A stretch of 63,994 nt of DNA, filler included, from Basidiobolus ranarum (GCA_040143965.1; 5 parts of 5 records of this genome joined end to end with filler, not necessarily neighbours in it); one strand, 5' to 3'; counted from the first letter of the whole stretch, positions 1 to 12,865 are shown. The notes: generated by a model from the sequence alone, not told the origin. Numbers and translations are program-made.

Positions 1-480
1 GCAAAATTTTACTCCAAGTTAAAAAAGAACAAAGTGCCTTTAACAAAATTTTTTGTCTTGATGTTAAAGACAAATTGCTAATTCAATGTTCAAGAGCTAA
101 AACTGCCAAGAAGGTATGGAAAGTCTTGGGAGACACCTACCAAACAAGTTCTGCTGCCAACAAGATGTTTCTAAGAAGACAATTCTTTAACTTAAAGATG
201 AAGCCAGGAGAAGATATTAAATCACTAATTAATAGAGTTACTATTTTAGTGGATGAAATGGAATGCATTGGAGTACCTACTACTGATCAAGATATCATAG
301 TTACAGTCCTGAATAGCCAGCCACACAAGTTTCAGAGCCTAGTAATGGCTCTAGAATCAAGAACCAAAAATTTGACCTAAAATTGTGTATTTGGCAGACT
401 TCTGGATGAAGATATATGCAAATTGGGACCCAACCAAAAGTATGAAGAAAATGCTTTAATAGGCTATGGGGAACATTCCT
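1..480 (+). mobile_element. Ty1/copia LTR retrotransposon gag (UBN2/Retrotran_gag_2-like) relic
   Basis: ORF 75-380 reads 'AKTAKKVWKVLGDTY..SSAANKMFLRRQFFNLKMKPGEDIKSLINRV..LVDEMECIGVP..DQDII..VLNSQP.KFQSLVMALE', a typical copia gag. In-frame TAA at 378-380, after which gag-like 'NCVFGRLLDED' continues. I found no CpG in 1-480. Confidence 0.85.
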
Positions 481-2595
481 AAATGTGATTACAACAGAAG
501 ATCACACAACAGCCGCATTCTTACTATATAATATCGTAATACAATTTAATTCAAAATATATCAACATATGATAGTTGTAAATAAAACGAACATCCAAATA
601 ATACTTCTTGTCCTATTGATTTCGTAATCCACATGATACCCATCAGATGTATTGCGCAATTCACTAGATATTATTAAAAGAAATTCATCTCAATCGTTCA
701 TGTACTTACAATATCATCCGTTTCTTTATTAATAGCTATCGGAATGGATTTGGCTTATATTTAGGCAAGTTTGATCGAATTTCTAGCCAAATTCGATCTT
801 AGTGACGCATAGATGATGTCATGGAAGCAGCGAATAACCAATCATACAAGGAGTTATATAAAATTAAAACGAGAATACAAGAATGAACCCATCCATTTTG
901 GAAATCTAATGATATTAGCGTATATTAGCATACAGATGAGTTTCGGGTTAAACCAGCCGATCACTGTTCCGCTTGTACACCAGATAAATCTTGTATGGAA
1001 TGGTGCATTACTTTACTAATATATTCTCAATGAAATTCCCATATAAATCTTTGGATTTTTGCTTGACTTATATATATAGAGCCTACATTAGTCATCACTG
1101 GCTACTTTACATTCCACCTGATAGTTCCCCAATCCAATTGACCACTTAGTCGAAGCTCACGTTATGATGTCTCAAGTAATTCGTACCAGCTCTTACCGAG
1201 AATCATCTAGTACAGTCACTAAGTCACTCGACACTGAGAATACTTCCGCATTATATCAATATCACCAAGCATTGTGCGTTCGCTATAGGTATCTATTGCT
1301 GAATATCATGGCCCACTCTTCCTCGGACAGCTAGCCAATTCCAATTCAAAGGAATACGACTTGCACTTTGTAATGGTAAACCCACTGTATATACGAATGA
1401 ATGGTAAATTCCATTAGAAGTTCTACTTTTCTTCTATTATTCACTTACCTTAGCCATTCCATCGCCACCAACATGAGCGTATTTAATATGACCAAGCATA
1501 GATGAAGTATTTTATGACAATCGTTTCCAACATCCACGAATTTTCATCGAATCATTACGTATGTAATGTAGAAGAGAGATTTCAAACTTCACTTGTAAAT
1601 TATATTCTTTTCTTCATTTAAATTCCCCTTCAATACAAATAAATTACTATCAAATTCAATGATTTCTTATATTTCGGACGAGATGAACTGATTCTACTTG
1701 TTTATAATGGTTGAAAAAATCACTCTCTTTCTTAGTGTTAATTCTATGGAAAATTTCCTCTCTGAATGCCTTGGAATCCTCATCTTCACTGGATTTGCTT
1801 TGAATGGTTCAAAAATTCCAATTAAATTGGATTCGTTTAATTGCCTAATAATGTGGTGCTTACTAAAAACCTTATTATTCAACTTTTATGCAGTATCTTC
1901 CCTTGATGTCCAATACTTTACTACTGGTTGCAGAGATAATAGAGTCTATTTTGATTTATAGAACTCACCCAGACTGATATGATAGAATGTAATGATGATG
2001 TCATGCAAAATTCTGATTTGAGTTTCTGTGGAAATTCAAGTGACTGAGATAATAGAAAATAGTCCGCTCTTTTTGAAGAGTTAATTTACGATATATACAT
2101 GAACACATATATTTATATATAATGGACTAGATTGATGTCAACAAATTCATATTTCAGTTACGGTGATAATGATTGAATTCCATGTTTAACAAAAGAAATA
2201 GATGTATATATAGTATATATATATATATTCAAGTGAAATCAATTCTGAGTGAAAAGTTAAAACTAGGGTGAAAGCGGATGTTAAAGGTTGCCTACTTGTT
2301 GAAGAGTTCTGTTGCCTTACATCTCCAAGGAATTCTCTCTTTTCTTGACAATCACACAATCAGCCAAGTTGTGAAGATTTCGTTCTTCCGTCTCATGAAT
2401 AGGTGGTTTGATTTTGGGTAAATGGGAATCCATGAAATATGACTTTCGAGGGATGATGGTCAATTAAGAAAGGAGATATAAAAGTGGAACTCGATATAAT
2501 AAAATCGATTGATGAGGAACAGTTCACTAATAGTATCACTTAGAATAAGAGAATGGATGATCAACACGTCTTTGTAAATGGCGTCGAATGCTACC

Positions 2596-3342
2596 TCATA
2601 AAGTTATCAGATTGGATGTCTCCGTGGCCTCTTTGATCAACTTGGATTCCAGGCCAAGTACTTCTCGCCAAGGTTCTGAAGTTTGTCGATCAATCAACGG
2701 ATTCTGAAGTAGATGGCAACTTTGAGAGATAGCTACTCCTGCCAGCACCTTTGAAGAGTAGAGTAAACATAATGGACTACGTATAAAGTCACTCACGATT
2801 CTTGTCGCTAAAAGGGTGTGTTTTTGTGACGCTCCACATCGTTTCAATGCCTCGAAGAGGTACTTGTAAGGTAAATCCAAGTGTAAATCAAAGCAAAGAG
2901 TTTCCAACAGTATTTCTTCGTTATAACAAATCGTCGCCTTCCAGCGAGTAATATCCTCGTTTAAATTGTCGATTTTCTGATGATCCATGGATTTGAGTGA
3001 TACAATAGCACATTCTTGAAATAATTGACAAGTTCGTTTCAGCACTTCTTCTGGACAACAGCTAGAGAAATCTTCTTCTTCTTTGACTGCTACATATAGA
3101 CAAGTCCCTGCTAAATCGTATTGATGATGATTTCGAAAACTTCGCCGCATGTAAAATCGATGAAAATACAATCCAGCTATGTATATAGTCGTAGGTAGAA
3201 GTTGTAAATTATGGCCAATCTTAACCATAAAGTCCACTCCTTTTTGTCTTAACCGCTGCTCTTTCTCCCACTTAGACCCATCACGTATCGTAGGAGTATG
3301 TGCCAAGTCGTCTTGGGTGAATGTCCAGTCGTTAAGCTCCAT
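2596..3342 (-). CDS. Transcription-type cyclin (cyclin K/T/L, Pch1/Bur2-like)
   Basis: 'W.FT..DL..TPT..DG...KE..LRQKGVDF...IG..LQL...TI..A..YFHRFYMRRSF' and 'EEILLETLCFDL.LDLPYKYL'. Likely ATG at 3342 (MELNDW); the track extends upstream from a non-ATG start. Confidence 0.85.
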   Translation of the reverse strand: MELNDWTFTQDDLAHTPTIRDGSKWEKEQRLRQKGVDFMVKIGHNLQLLPTTIYIAGLYFHRFYMRRSFRNHHQYDLAGTCLYVAVKEEEDFSSCCPEEVLKRTCQLFQECAIVSLKSMDHQKIDNLNEDITRWKATICYNEEILLETLCFDLHLDLPYKYLFEALKRCGASQKHTLLATRIVSDFIRSPLCLLYSSKVLAGVAISQSCHLLQNPLIDRQTSEPWREVLGLESKLIKEATETSNLITL

Positions 3343-6300
3343 ATTATATGATAAAAATAAAGAAAAAAATTCGAAACAAAAAAATTCTAAGAGAAGCAAC
3401 CAGAAGTATTCAAAAAAGTAAAGTCTATAGTTCTCGGGGAAAGTAATGAAAGGTACTCAATAAGAGTTTTTGAAAAGGTGTATTTTGTTCGGTAGTTATA
3501 GCGTTTAATATTCTGCTGATGCTTTTTGCTATTAAACCGCCATGTACCGATTATTTTTTCTTGCTTTTTTTTTAAGACAAAACGTAGAAATAGAAGTAAA
3601 GAAAAATTGAAAAGAAACAGAAGTCAAAGGAATTATAATACAATAAACTTACACTAAACCTAGATAGCTAGAATTCTACTCACTGTCTTACTTTGGATAG
3701 AAAATAGTAAGCGTACCGAGAAGGCTCTTACTTGCGGTTACTGGGCTTTGTAAAATTAACAGATAAATGGAAATGAAAAAGGCATGTACACAAATAATTT
3801 GGCCTAAAGTGACTCGACTGCCAATAATAGACTTGCAGATAAGGAAAAAGGCCGTTTTTTAAATAAACAAGTGGCGAAATCACCCTAATGGATAGACCTG
3901 GAGTGGTTGATAATAATAAGGAAAAGTAGAAAGGACAGTCTCCAACTATATCTAGTCCAAATATCGCTCTCAAGTCTTGTTGTTAGAGTTCCAAGTTTAG
4001 CATGCAAAACGTAAGGAACGTATTTCTCACTTAGCTTTGACAGCAACAAACGACGGCTAATCCTACTTTATCTATGAAAAGTTGAATTTTTAACTGACAG
4101 TTTGCTTCCTCAAATAGGCTTCTTTCGGTCAAATATGAGCAAAGAGAATGGAGGAAAGCTGAGAGATAGGTGTGTCACTGAAGAGGTCTATATGATAATG
4201 AAAATTGTATATAATATTCATCGGAAATGCAGTGATGGTTTGACTTCTTAGATTATTGACTGCATTTTAATGGGACTGCACAAGCTCGATAATAACGACA
4301 GCGAATCGCTAGCAATTAAATTAAGATAAAGCAGTGAAATATCCAATGGGAGTACATTATTGGATACAGAAAACAACAGTGTCTCAGATGAATAAGCCCA
4401 TTTACACTCGGTGGTAGTTTCTCATCCATCATATATGGAGTGACTGTTTAGGCAACCAATCAATGTTCGTTATGTAGGGTTATTTAGAAAAAGGCAATCA
4501 TGGTCGGAGAATACTGATTATATAAATGGAACCACTAGCTCCATGTAGAACGTGTTATGATGACTTTGACCTTTTTTTCATGGAACACAGATCGATTTCC
4601 TCCTAACCACCGTTGGGCTGAGTATTGATTTGATCATTTCGAGGAGCTTATTTTTAAGTATTCAGTATGGTCATTATGTCATTGATGGTAATTCTTGAGA
4701 GCATACGTGTCATCAAGATAATACTGCATTTATTCAGAGGAACCAATTCTTAACTGATCTGGCTTCCCTTATGCATACATTCATATCTTCACTGGGCTGC
4801 ATTGAGGGAACTAGCTCAATTTGTTGGAGCATCCAACTAACTCGTACGTATACAGAAGATCCGATCAGTTGGCCGGAGATCTTGAAAGATTGCACGATGT
4901 TTGTGATAACTCTTGCTCACTGCTTCAGTAAATGTGAGTTCATGCTAGTCGTTGATGCTGTATATCACACAGAGTGGTATACGTATGTTTCCATTACTAA
5001 TGCAACTGTCTGTATCGGCGTCTCTGCATTAGAGGCACATCTCCACCGGTGTCATCATCCACTACTCATATGCTGCTCATTAGCCTCACAGAAGCATCGA
5101 TGTAGATGGACCAGATCCACGGGGAGTGTTTTGATTGAAATCTAAACCATTCTTCAAGTGTATTTGTGGGCTTTGATATATAAATACCACACTACATATC
5201 CTGTTCGATCCAGCTATGTTGAGGCGAGCCTGGTAATGTACTCAAGCATCCTCCCCCTAAATTCGTGGAAGCCATAAGCCTTTCAGGGTTAACGGCTGGA
5301 ACAGGCCTGTTTCGTATAGGGTTGATGCACCATATCAGGATGCTATCCTAGTGGCAAGAGTATCCAATGGCATAATTGAGAACCAAATCCATACTTATCT
5401 CGTCTGGTTGAAAGTATTGCAATCCGAACAATAGCTCAGGGATGAAAAGCATTCAATGTAGCTCAATTAATAAGTACATTGTGACTAGTTAGTTACGAGA
5501 TTGCAATGTCTCAAGTGGTTTGCACAAAAACATTCGATATTGAGTTCACTAGTTTTGTTTATATGTATAGCAGATGGATCAGTTGGGTTGCGATCAAATC
5601 TATGGATAGTGATTTGGCACTTTACTGATCTACTACGAGCTCCCTTTTTTGGGATAATAGCGTACCTTAACTGAAATATCCATATGACTAAGCAGTAGCA
5701 ATCCGCCAAATTACTTTTGCCGTTTCGTAACCTCGTTTACTTGATCTTCATTTCAGTAACCCCTGTTTCTAAAAACGGTTAATGGCAAGAGACAGACGCA
5801 CTCATCGTGTACCAGTGTTCTTCTCACTATGTAATCCATCTATGAAGATAACATCGTTGAAAACTAATGGAAAGGTACTTGTAATGGCTGTACAAGATAC
5901 TATCAGATCCATGTCTTTATTAATCATGGTATCACATGTGAAACTTTAGGTGTGAGCAGCCTTCTATTTATAACAGTTGATAATTCCGCACTGATTGAAG
6001 ACACCGGATTCTCAGGAACGTTAGGTCAATATCTGTATCATCATTACAAAGTCAATGGAGTATGGCAACTATAGTGGGAATCGCAATATCTCTTGCACAT
6101 ATAACTTTACTGGTCACTGTAACCCTCATACCGCCGATACTTCCATATTATCTAGAATATTTATTAGCTCATCTAACTTGGTCAGCAGAAGCTTGTGGCA
6201 AAATCAGTCTAATCCGACAATCAGCTCCTGTCCCTGAAAGTTGCCCCTTTTTTTGCATTTCTAACTCAGGTGTGATACATATATCTTGAGCACAATGAAG

Positions 6301-7071
6301 CTCCGGATCAATTCATATAACCGAGCCTACCCGTGGTCAATTGTGAAAATTATTCAATTCCATAATCTTTCATTCTACTTGTCAAACATATCCTCTACGA
6401 GCATACAGTCGGAACAAGGTTCTAGAGATTGATATCATCACTCTAGCCTTTTAGCCAGGAGCAGTCTCGATTTTGCCGAGTTCCAATCGTTCAGTCTAAT
6501 CTACTGTAAACTAGTTATGGTTGGTTGTTTAAAACTCACTCTCACCAGTTGCTTGGGTAATTCTCAAATCCGCTCACCAAAAATCTCCACTGGAGGTGAG
6601 AGTAGCGACATGCAAAATGGCTAAGCAATAAACATGATTGATGCAGCCAACCGATTGAGTATAAAATCTAATTGATTTTGTTTCTTGTGGTCCTTCAATA
6701 GATATCTTTTATGAATAACAACATTGTTTGGGAGGATGACTGGTATCTTAAAGCCTTGTGGGGTTGAATACAATCCACAGCATTCATAATTGAAATAAGT
6801 CTTCCTTTGCCTAAGAAAAATGCCCAGCTGCGATGCAGGTGAAATTTCATACAAGAATTTCGGCAGATGGGTACTAATCCTATTGTTCCTTAGAATGTCT
6901 AGATATAGCTGTTGAAACTTATTTTTTGCTATACTAAACAGATATTATCCAGCTTAAATATGGGTATGATCGATCTCTTTACAACTGTGGAGATTTTTAA
7001 TTCCGTTGAATATTGTGACAAAATGACAGTATAGTTACTAGGTAATAAAATGGTACATCTAGTGCCAATGA

Positions 7072-8280
7072 TTAAGCTTCTACTTCTTCGCCAGCAACAA
7101 ACACTCGTTGGACGTTAAATTCGTCATCTAGGAAGAGGAAATCAGCATCAGTTCCAACATTCAAACTACCTTTTCTATCAGTGATATTGAGAACTTGAGC
7201 AGGGTGAAGGGTGGCAGCCTCTATGGCTTCAACAATAGAGCACCCTGTATATTGGTGAAAGTTTTTGACACACTTGTCGACGGTTATGACAGAGCCGGCT
7301 AAAGTTTCTGTACCTAAAACAAAGACTCGCTCCTCTGTCTTATCAACTTTAGTGTTGCTGCTTCCATGCACATAGATACCTGATGGAAGTCCGGTTACAC
7401 TGGCACAATCGGATACTAATACTGCTCCGCCAGGGTGAGAATATTGAGCAAGTTTTACTGAATTAGGATGACAGTGGATGCCATCGCATATGATACCATA
7501 ATATGGTCGCTGTTTGCCTCCGCCAACTAAAAGACCAATGATTCCAGGATCACGATGATGAAAGGGACGCATAGCATTGAAAAGGTGTGTTACCAAAGTA
7601 GCTCCTTTTTCAACTGCTTCCTGCGCTTGGTCATTAGTCGCATCAGAGTGACCTACACTAACTACAAGATTGCTTTTCACCAACTGTGGAATCGCATTCA
7701 TAACACCTTCTACTTCGGGAGCAACAGTAATCAGAGAGATGTGGTCGGTTTTCCCCTCTTTAAAGTTGTAACATCTTTCAAAATCTTCTAAGCCATTGGG
7801 AGCAGTGTGTAAGGTACTTATCTCATGAGCACCAAGTCTTTGTGCAGAAATGAACGGACCCTCAAGATGAAGGCCGAGAACTTCAGCGCCATATTGTACG
7901 CTACCAGCATGGGGAACAAACTGGTCCAGTGTTTCTGCATACAAATGGGGATGAGAGCTAACCACAGTTGGACAAAACGAAGTGCAACCACGCTTGAGAA
8001 GAAATTTGGCAACCACTTGAAGACCTTCAGAAATGCTGGTTTTTGGGTTTGTAAAATCTACACCAAGAGCACCATTTACCTGAATATCAATGTAACCTGG
8101 AGACACGATGGCATTTTTAGCATCAAGAACGATCTCTGAAGTGGAATGGTTCTCCTGGTTGATTTTTTTTCCGTCAACAAATTTTCCATCTTTGACATAG
8201 AGATCTTCACCAGTGACTATCTTACCATCTCGTATTGCGCGAGCATTGGTAATTCTTAAGAGCTTTCCTTGGTTTGCCAT
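7072..8280 (-). CDS. nagA: N-acetylglucosamine-6-phosphate deacetylase (NagA/AMDHD2/DAC1 family), intronless
   Basis: PGYIDIQVNG, GLHLEGPF, TVAPE, SVGHSDA, THLFNAM, HHRDPG, IICDGIH, LAGS and ATLHPA motifs. Confidence 0.95.
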   Translation of the reverse strand: MANQGKLLRITNARAIRDGKIVTGEDLYVKDGKFVDGKKINQENHSTSEIVLDAKNAIVSPGYIDIQVNGALGVDFTNPKTSISEGLQVVAKFLLKRGCTSFCPTVVSSHPHLYAETLDQFVPHAGSVQYGAEVLGLHLEGPFISAQRLGAHEISTLHTAPNGLEDFERCYNFKEGKTDHISLITVAPEVEGVMNAIPQLVKSNLVVSVGHSDATNDQAQEAVEKGATLVTHLFNAMRPFHHRDPGIIGLLVGGGKQRPYYGIICDGIHCHPNSVKLAQYSHPGGAVLVSDCASVTGLPSGIYVHGSSNTKVDKTEERVFVLGTETLAGSVITVDKCVKNFHQYTGCSIVEAIEAATLHPAQVLNITDRKGSLNVGTDADFLFLDDEFNVQRVFVAGEEVEA

Positions 8281-9972
8281 TCAAGTGAGACTGCTTGGGC
8301 TTCTGATTTACAGGAGTACTGAATCACCCCGTGATATTTTATATGCAAGTAACTTCAAGATTCATATTGTATCCGAGTATAGTGTTTATTGGTATCGGCA
8401 CATCGACAACGTCATACGACCTACCAATACGGCAAATTGATCAAGTCGGGTGGGAAAGTTACAAACAACCGAGTTGATTTTTCCTGGTATGGTGTAGGTA
8501 TAAATAGGCAATTTTTCTATGGATCATCCAAGTTTTGCATATATATATATATATATAGGTTTTGTAATATAATATTCGAAAATACATCATTCGGAATTTA
8601 AATATAGTATGATGGTTAGGAATTATAAATGTTGATTCGAAATAGTTAAAGGAAGCTATTTTCCATGATTTCCATGCAATGGGTTGTGTGGTTAAAGATA
8701 GCAATTAAATTATTCATTTCACTAAATTACTTGTTTGTAAAAGTTCAACCGGTTTTTAGTAGTCAGTCACTTTTAATCCGAATCCATTGTAAGCCAGAAA
8801 TAACTTGGGCGCCGAGGTACAGTTCGTGATCACTAACAGTAACAAACTTATGGGGGCAAATATTTTACAAATAACCCACATGCACTCTCCTTCCCAACCG
8901 AAAATTGATGGACCACGATCTTTTTCAAATGGTACAAACAATTGCAATCACCCTGTATTTTTATTTAATCCCTCACTAATGGTATCCTCTAAAATACTTG
9001 ATGCTTTAGGCATGCAATAAACCTGATCGATTCAGTATTCCTACTTATAAATTTGATAATGGTCATCGCTACTCATATAGGCTAAAGAGTAAAATATCAT
9101 CATGATAAATATTTCACTTTCTTTTAATATTACTTCTAAGTATAGTTCCACCTGTAAAAGAATTAAGAGAAACTCTATTACTTTTGGCAAACAGAATTCA
9201 ATAGTGTGTAATCTCATTATAAAGGTTAGTAAGCATTTACTCCACATATCATGACTGATGGTCTATTTTGGATCTATGCAAGCCATATGTGTGTGGCTCC
9301 TAGAGATACCACTAACATCCTTGGTGAATGCAACATTTGATTTTGAGTGAATGAAAAGTGACTAATATTTTCCAGTTCAGAGATGAAGCAATGCAAGTCA
9401 AAATATATGGCAGAGAAAAGGTCGATTACAGGAGAGGCTTACCATGCAAACTAAATTGAACACGCTGTAGAGATAGAAATCTAATATTACTCCATTAAAA
9501 AGAGTGTTCAATTTCCAATCAATATATATTCATTATGAGTGAATCAGATATTAGTATAGTAAAGCCAAATGTTGGTGATAGAGGCCCAATAATGAGTAAC
9601 AAATCCTAATACTTAAAATATGAATACCAAATGTAGTGCATAACACGTGAAAAAGCCAGATTATTATTAAAAGACAATAGTGAAGAAGTACTGATGCATT
9701 GCGGAAGTTAGGACTAGGGTTAAGAAATACAAACATTGAAATCAAATATCACTTTTATAGTATATTTCTATCTCAACGATAATTTGAAAAAATCTGATCT
9801 ACCATATATCATTCTGGTAATCATGCATGTATCTCATTGAATGACAACAACATCACTAGCATTGAGATTCTATATACTTGCATTTATATGTATATAGTTA
9901 TATTTAATGCCATCAGGTGATTGATGGTTGCATCGTAATTCATTCAAATTGGCCTGGTAGTTAATTACTATC

Positions 9973-11070
9973 TTGCGAACAATACACTATCCCTGGTCAA
10001 CCCATGGTGGAATTGCTCCAGGTGAACAAACGTTATTTGATAAACTTCATAAGTTGGAAGATAGTCACTGCCCAGGATTAAAAAGTCTTTGGGATGAAAC
10101 TGCCAAAGAAATCACCGAGATCACCGCAAATGGGTGGGATAAAGAGTCTACCAAGAAGGTCACTCGACTTCTCAAAATGAAAACTGACCACCTTCAAGAG
10201 TTGGCCAAATATCTAACTGACGATGAAAGTAGTCAATTTTTGAACGCTTTCCCCTTGGTAAATGATGCTGTTGGGGGAAGTCTGGAGGAGTTGAAATCCC
10301 TTGGTGGGAAGGGTGGAGAAGACATACAAAAGATCGTAATTAAAACGTATTCTGAAATCAAGAGAATTCTCGATGAAGGCGTGAAAGAAAATACTGTCAA
10401 TGAAATCACCGAATTAGTCAAGAACAACATGGAGGATGCTAAAAAACTCATTGGTAAGGAGGGCGACGTAGTATGGGATAAGGATGTTATATTAGTAGGC
10501 CTATTCCTTGATAAAATGCCAGAAGTAAAGAAGAAGGCCGCGAAAGCTACGTATTTGTTCTCCGAGGCCGCTAGAGAGCACGGACCGCAAGTAAAAAATA
10601 TGGTCGAGGATCTTTTGTCGCGATTAAAGAAAATCTCCGAGAAAGGAATAAATGAAGACACTATTATGGAGGCCAAAGTTCTGGTCGACGAGAAGCTATC
10701 AGCGTTACAGAAGCTTACAGAAAAGACGAGAGAGCAGATGTGGAAGAAATCTGAAGAATTAGCTGACCCGATACTTCAGAAATCCCCTGAGCTGAAGAAA
10801 ATAGTCAATGAAGTAGTTATAGAGATGAAAACTCTAGCTAAAAATAAAGGACCAGAAGCATCGAAAATCATTACCGATACCTACTCTGAAATTCGAAATA
10901 TTGCTGGCAAAGGGATTGGGAAGGATACAATCAAAGAAGGAAAACAATTGCTAGAGAAGAAACTGCAAGAAATTAAACAACTTACTGAGGAAACTGGATC
11001 TGAAGGTGAAGATGTCGTAAAGGATAAGATCAAAGAAGCTAAAATGGAGATTAAGAAACAGGAAGTCTAA
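9973..11070 (+). CDS. Helical-repeat, apolipophorin/LEA-like protein of unknown function; start codon uncertain
   Basis: K/E-rich 365-aa frame with about four repeats of roughly 85 aa ('GP....I...TYSEI..I...G....T.......L..K....L..L'). The track start is TTG just after an AG at 9959-9960, so a 5' exon may be missing. Confidence 0.65.
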   Translation: MRTIHYPWSTHGGIAPGEQTLFDKLHKLEDSHCPGLKSLWDETAKEITEITANGWDKESTKKVTRLLKMKTDHLQELAKYLTDDESSQFLNAFPLVNDAVGGSLEELKSLGGKGGEDIQKIVIKTYSEIKRILDEGVKENTVNEITELVKNNMEDAKKLIGKEGDVVWDKDVILVGLFLDKMPEVKKKAAKATYLFSEAAREHGPQVKNMVEDLLSRLKKISEKGINEDTIMEAKVLVDEKLSALQKLTEKTREQMWKKSEELADPILQKSPELKKIVNEVVIEMKTLAKNKGPEASKIITDTYSEIRNIAGKGIGKDTIKEGKQLLEKKLQEIKQLTEETGSEGEDVVKDKIKEAKMEIKKQEV

Positions 11071-12084
11071 TATACATATTTTAACTTTCTTATAATAAAC
11101 GAATCTGCATTTAAAGAGTTAATTGAGGAATATTCAAAATACATGACAAAAAGTTGTCTTCTCTCCTGCACCTAAAGATAATATTTATGTTATCCTCACT
11201 AGGCATCATTAGGGTAGGAATAATCAAGCACTTCGTATTTTAGACAATTTGACCTAATTTCACATAATTTATCAATGTGTACATGTTACTGTTAGCGACG
11301 GATAAGGTATGCCAATTGCCAATGCTACATTATATTGAAGTAGACCATTTTGATTCTTCGTTTAATGAGTGTATCATATTTATAAGCATTGCAAAATACC
11401 CTGCCCGTGTCAGTGTACTGTTTTCTTTGCAATGAAGATCTCGTGCTTTATTATCATTGTTACATCACTTCTTTCATTGTTGCCTGCGCAGACCTTATTA
11501 TTTGCCTCATTCGAGTCTCTGGCCTCCAAAATATAGCTAACACCACATTAAACAGATCACACTCTACTATAAGGAAGAGAGTCTCTACTTCAGGTAATTC
11601 TACGATGGTTACTCTCATAACTTCAGGGTTTGACGTGGGAAAGCAAATGAGGTTTCAGTAGAGACAACAAATAGCGGTATACTACTACTGTGCCGCTTCT
11701 TCCAATGTTGAAATAGGTGGTATATGCTGGTATTCCTTACATTGCGGATCCCACCGGTAAGTCCATATGAATGCTGTTTTCAATGAGGCCATTGCTAACT
11801 CCAGCAACTAGTAAAGCTTAGATCTACATTTGCAGGTGAGTTTTATCTTCAGAAATAAAGATAGTCGATTTTCCTCTTAATATTCAAGTGAGCATATACC
11901 TAGCGATCCAAGTGTTTCAGCAATTACGACAGCTAATATCAACGGGCAAGTTGCTACCGACTCTCATAGTAACCCCACGCCTGGTTCCAATAAAAGAGAA
12001 AAGTATGACTCAAAGGCGCTAAATGGATATGCTAACGTTATACACATCTCTTCGCACAATTCTAGTGGAAGTTATTATTGGTCA

Positions 12085-12278
12085 TGTTGCAGTGTTAGGA
12101 GATACATTGATGTTACAATTCACAACAGACATATTCACAAAGTATACTCTAGTGTCAAACAATGTGCTACTAATTTCTGGTGCAGAAGATGTACAATAGC
12201 ATGATATCTGTAAAATTAACATCACGCAGGAAGGTTCTTTTGACGCTGCGTTCTATATCATTAAATCTTGAATTTCAA
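12085..12278. repeat. Dispersed repeat family A, copy 1
   Basis: Shares tgttgcagt..attgatgtta..caacagacatattc..agtatactc..atttctggtg.agaagatgtaca and gctgc.ttcta.atcattaa.tcttgaattt with 47934-48129 on another contig. Confidence 0.7.
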
Positions 12279-12559
12279 GTAGACATTTGCTTACCCATTA
12301 CAATGGGATTCTTAAATGCATCCTAGGTTTTGTAAGTCTAATCTTCCATTAGCCTTCAGCTAAATTAAGAGAGTGGTTGTAGTGTGCCATTCCTAGTGGA
12401 ATAACAACCAGTAAAAAAATGTATGTGTAAATGATTCAACTAAAAACTAAGATTTATGCTATTTCAGTGGAGACTTCAATAGTCATTAGAAAGCCCTTCA
12501 GAACAAATGAATTCCATGGTGTTTACATAGTTTAGGTTGTTAACTACTGACTTCTTTGT

Positions 12560-12865
12560 TTAATGAGAAATGCTAGAGGTACAGGAGTCGATTTTTGGAA
12601 ATAAAATGTTCAACATTCGTTTTCCATCAATCATACCGGGTGTTTCTGGTAACGAAAAAGAAATATCGGGGAAGATTGGAATCAATTCATCGACCGAACA
12701 GTATCCTAAAAGTACTTTGAAAAAGCATTGCCATGGTAAACTAATATGTGCTACTTCTCCACCGGCTACCTCACCCTTCGCATTCAGAGAGAACTTCCAA
12801 GCCTCTACTGAAAGTATTTTGCTATTTTCTATGGAAATTTTAAATGATTGTGTGGGTGGCTTGCG
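12560..12865 (-). CDS. C-terminal fragment of a bacterial-like Eis/GNAT acetyltransferase (SCP2-like C-terminal domain), cut by the contig end
   Basis: Open frame not in the track: RKPPTQSFKISIENSKILSVEAWKF...HISLPWQCFFKVLLGYCSVDELIPIFPDISF...GKRMLNILFPKIDSCTSSISH*. It fits the 'F.QLLFGYRS..EL...FPD......LL..LFPK' tail that I recall for bacterial GNATs. Confidence 0.65.
   Translation of the reverse strand, partial: RKPPTQSFKISIENSKILSVEAWKFSLNAKGEVAGGEVAHISLPWQCFFKVLLGYCSVDELIPIFPDISFSLPETPGMIDGKRMLNILFPKIDSCTSSISH

Noticed and set aside
2590-2600. Cyclin TGA directly before a GT donor-like site (readthrough or selenocysteine?)
   Set aside because: Both cyclin folds are complete by then, there is no redox motif or recognisable SECIS, and no convincing downstream exon.
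6538-6603. Imperfect inverted repeat (ACTCTCACC...GGTGAGAGT); similar 9-bp hairpins at 15667-15700 and 32061-32083
   Set aside because: Short stems like these are expected by chance in 64 kb, with no second copy, TSD or ncRNA motif.
7072-8280. Intronless nagA as a bacterial horizontal transfer
   Set aside because: The motifs (IDIQVNG...GVDF, HHRDPGIIGLL, YGIICDGIH) look like the eukaryotic AMDHD2/fungal type; lack of introns alone is not evidence.
11432-11850. Signal-peptide-like start with splice-like signals; similar decayed coding-like tracts at about 1300-1960, 8760-9400 and 27200-28130
   Set aside because: Multiple stops and no recognisable homology; possibly pseudogenes but not supportable by eye.
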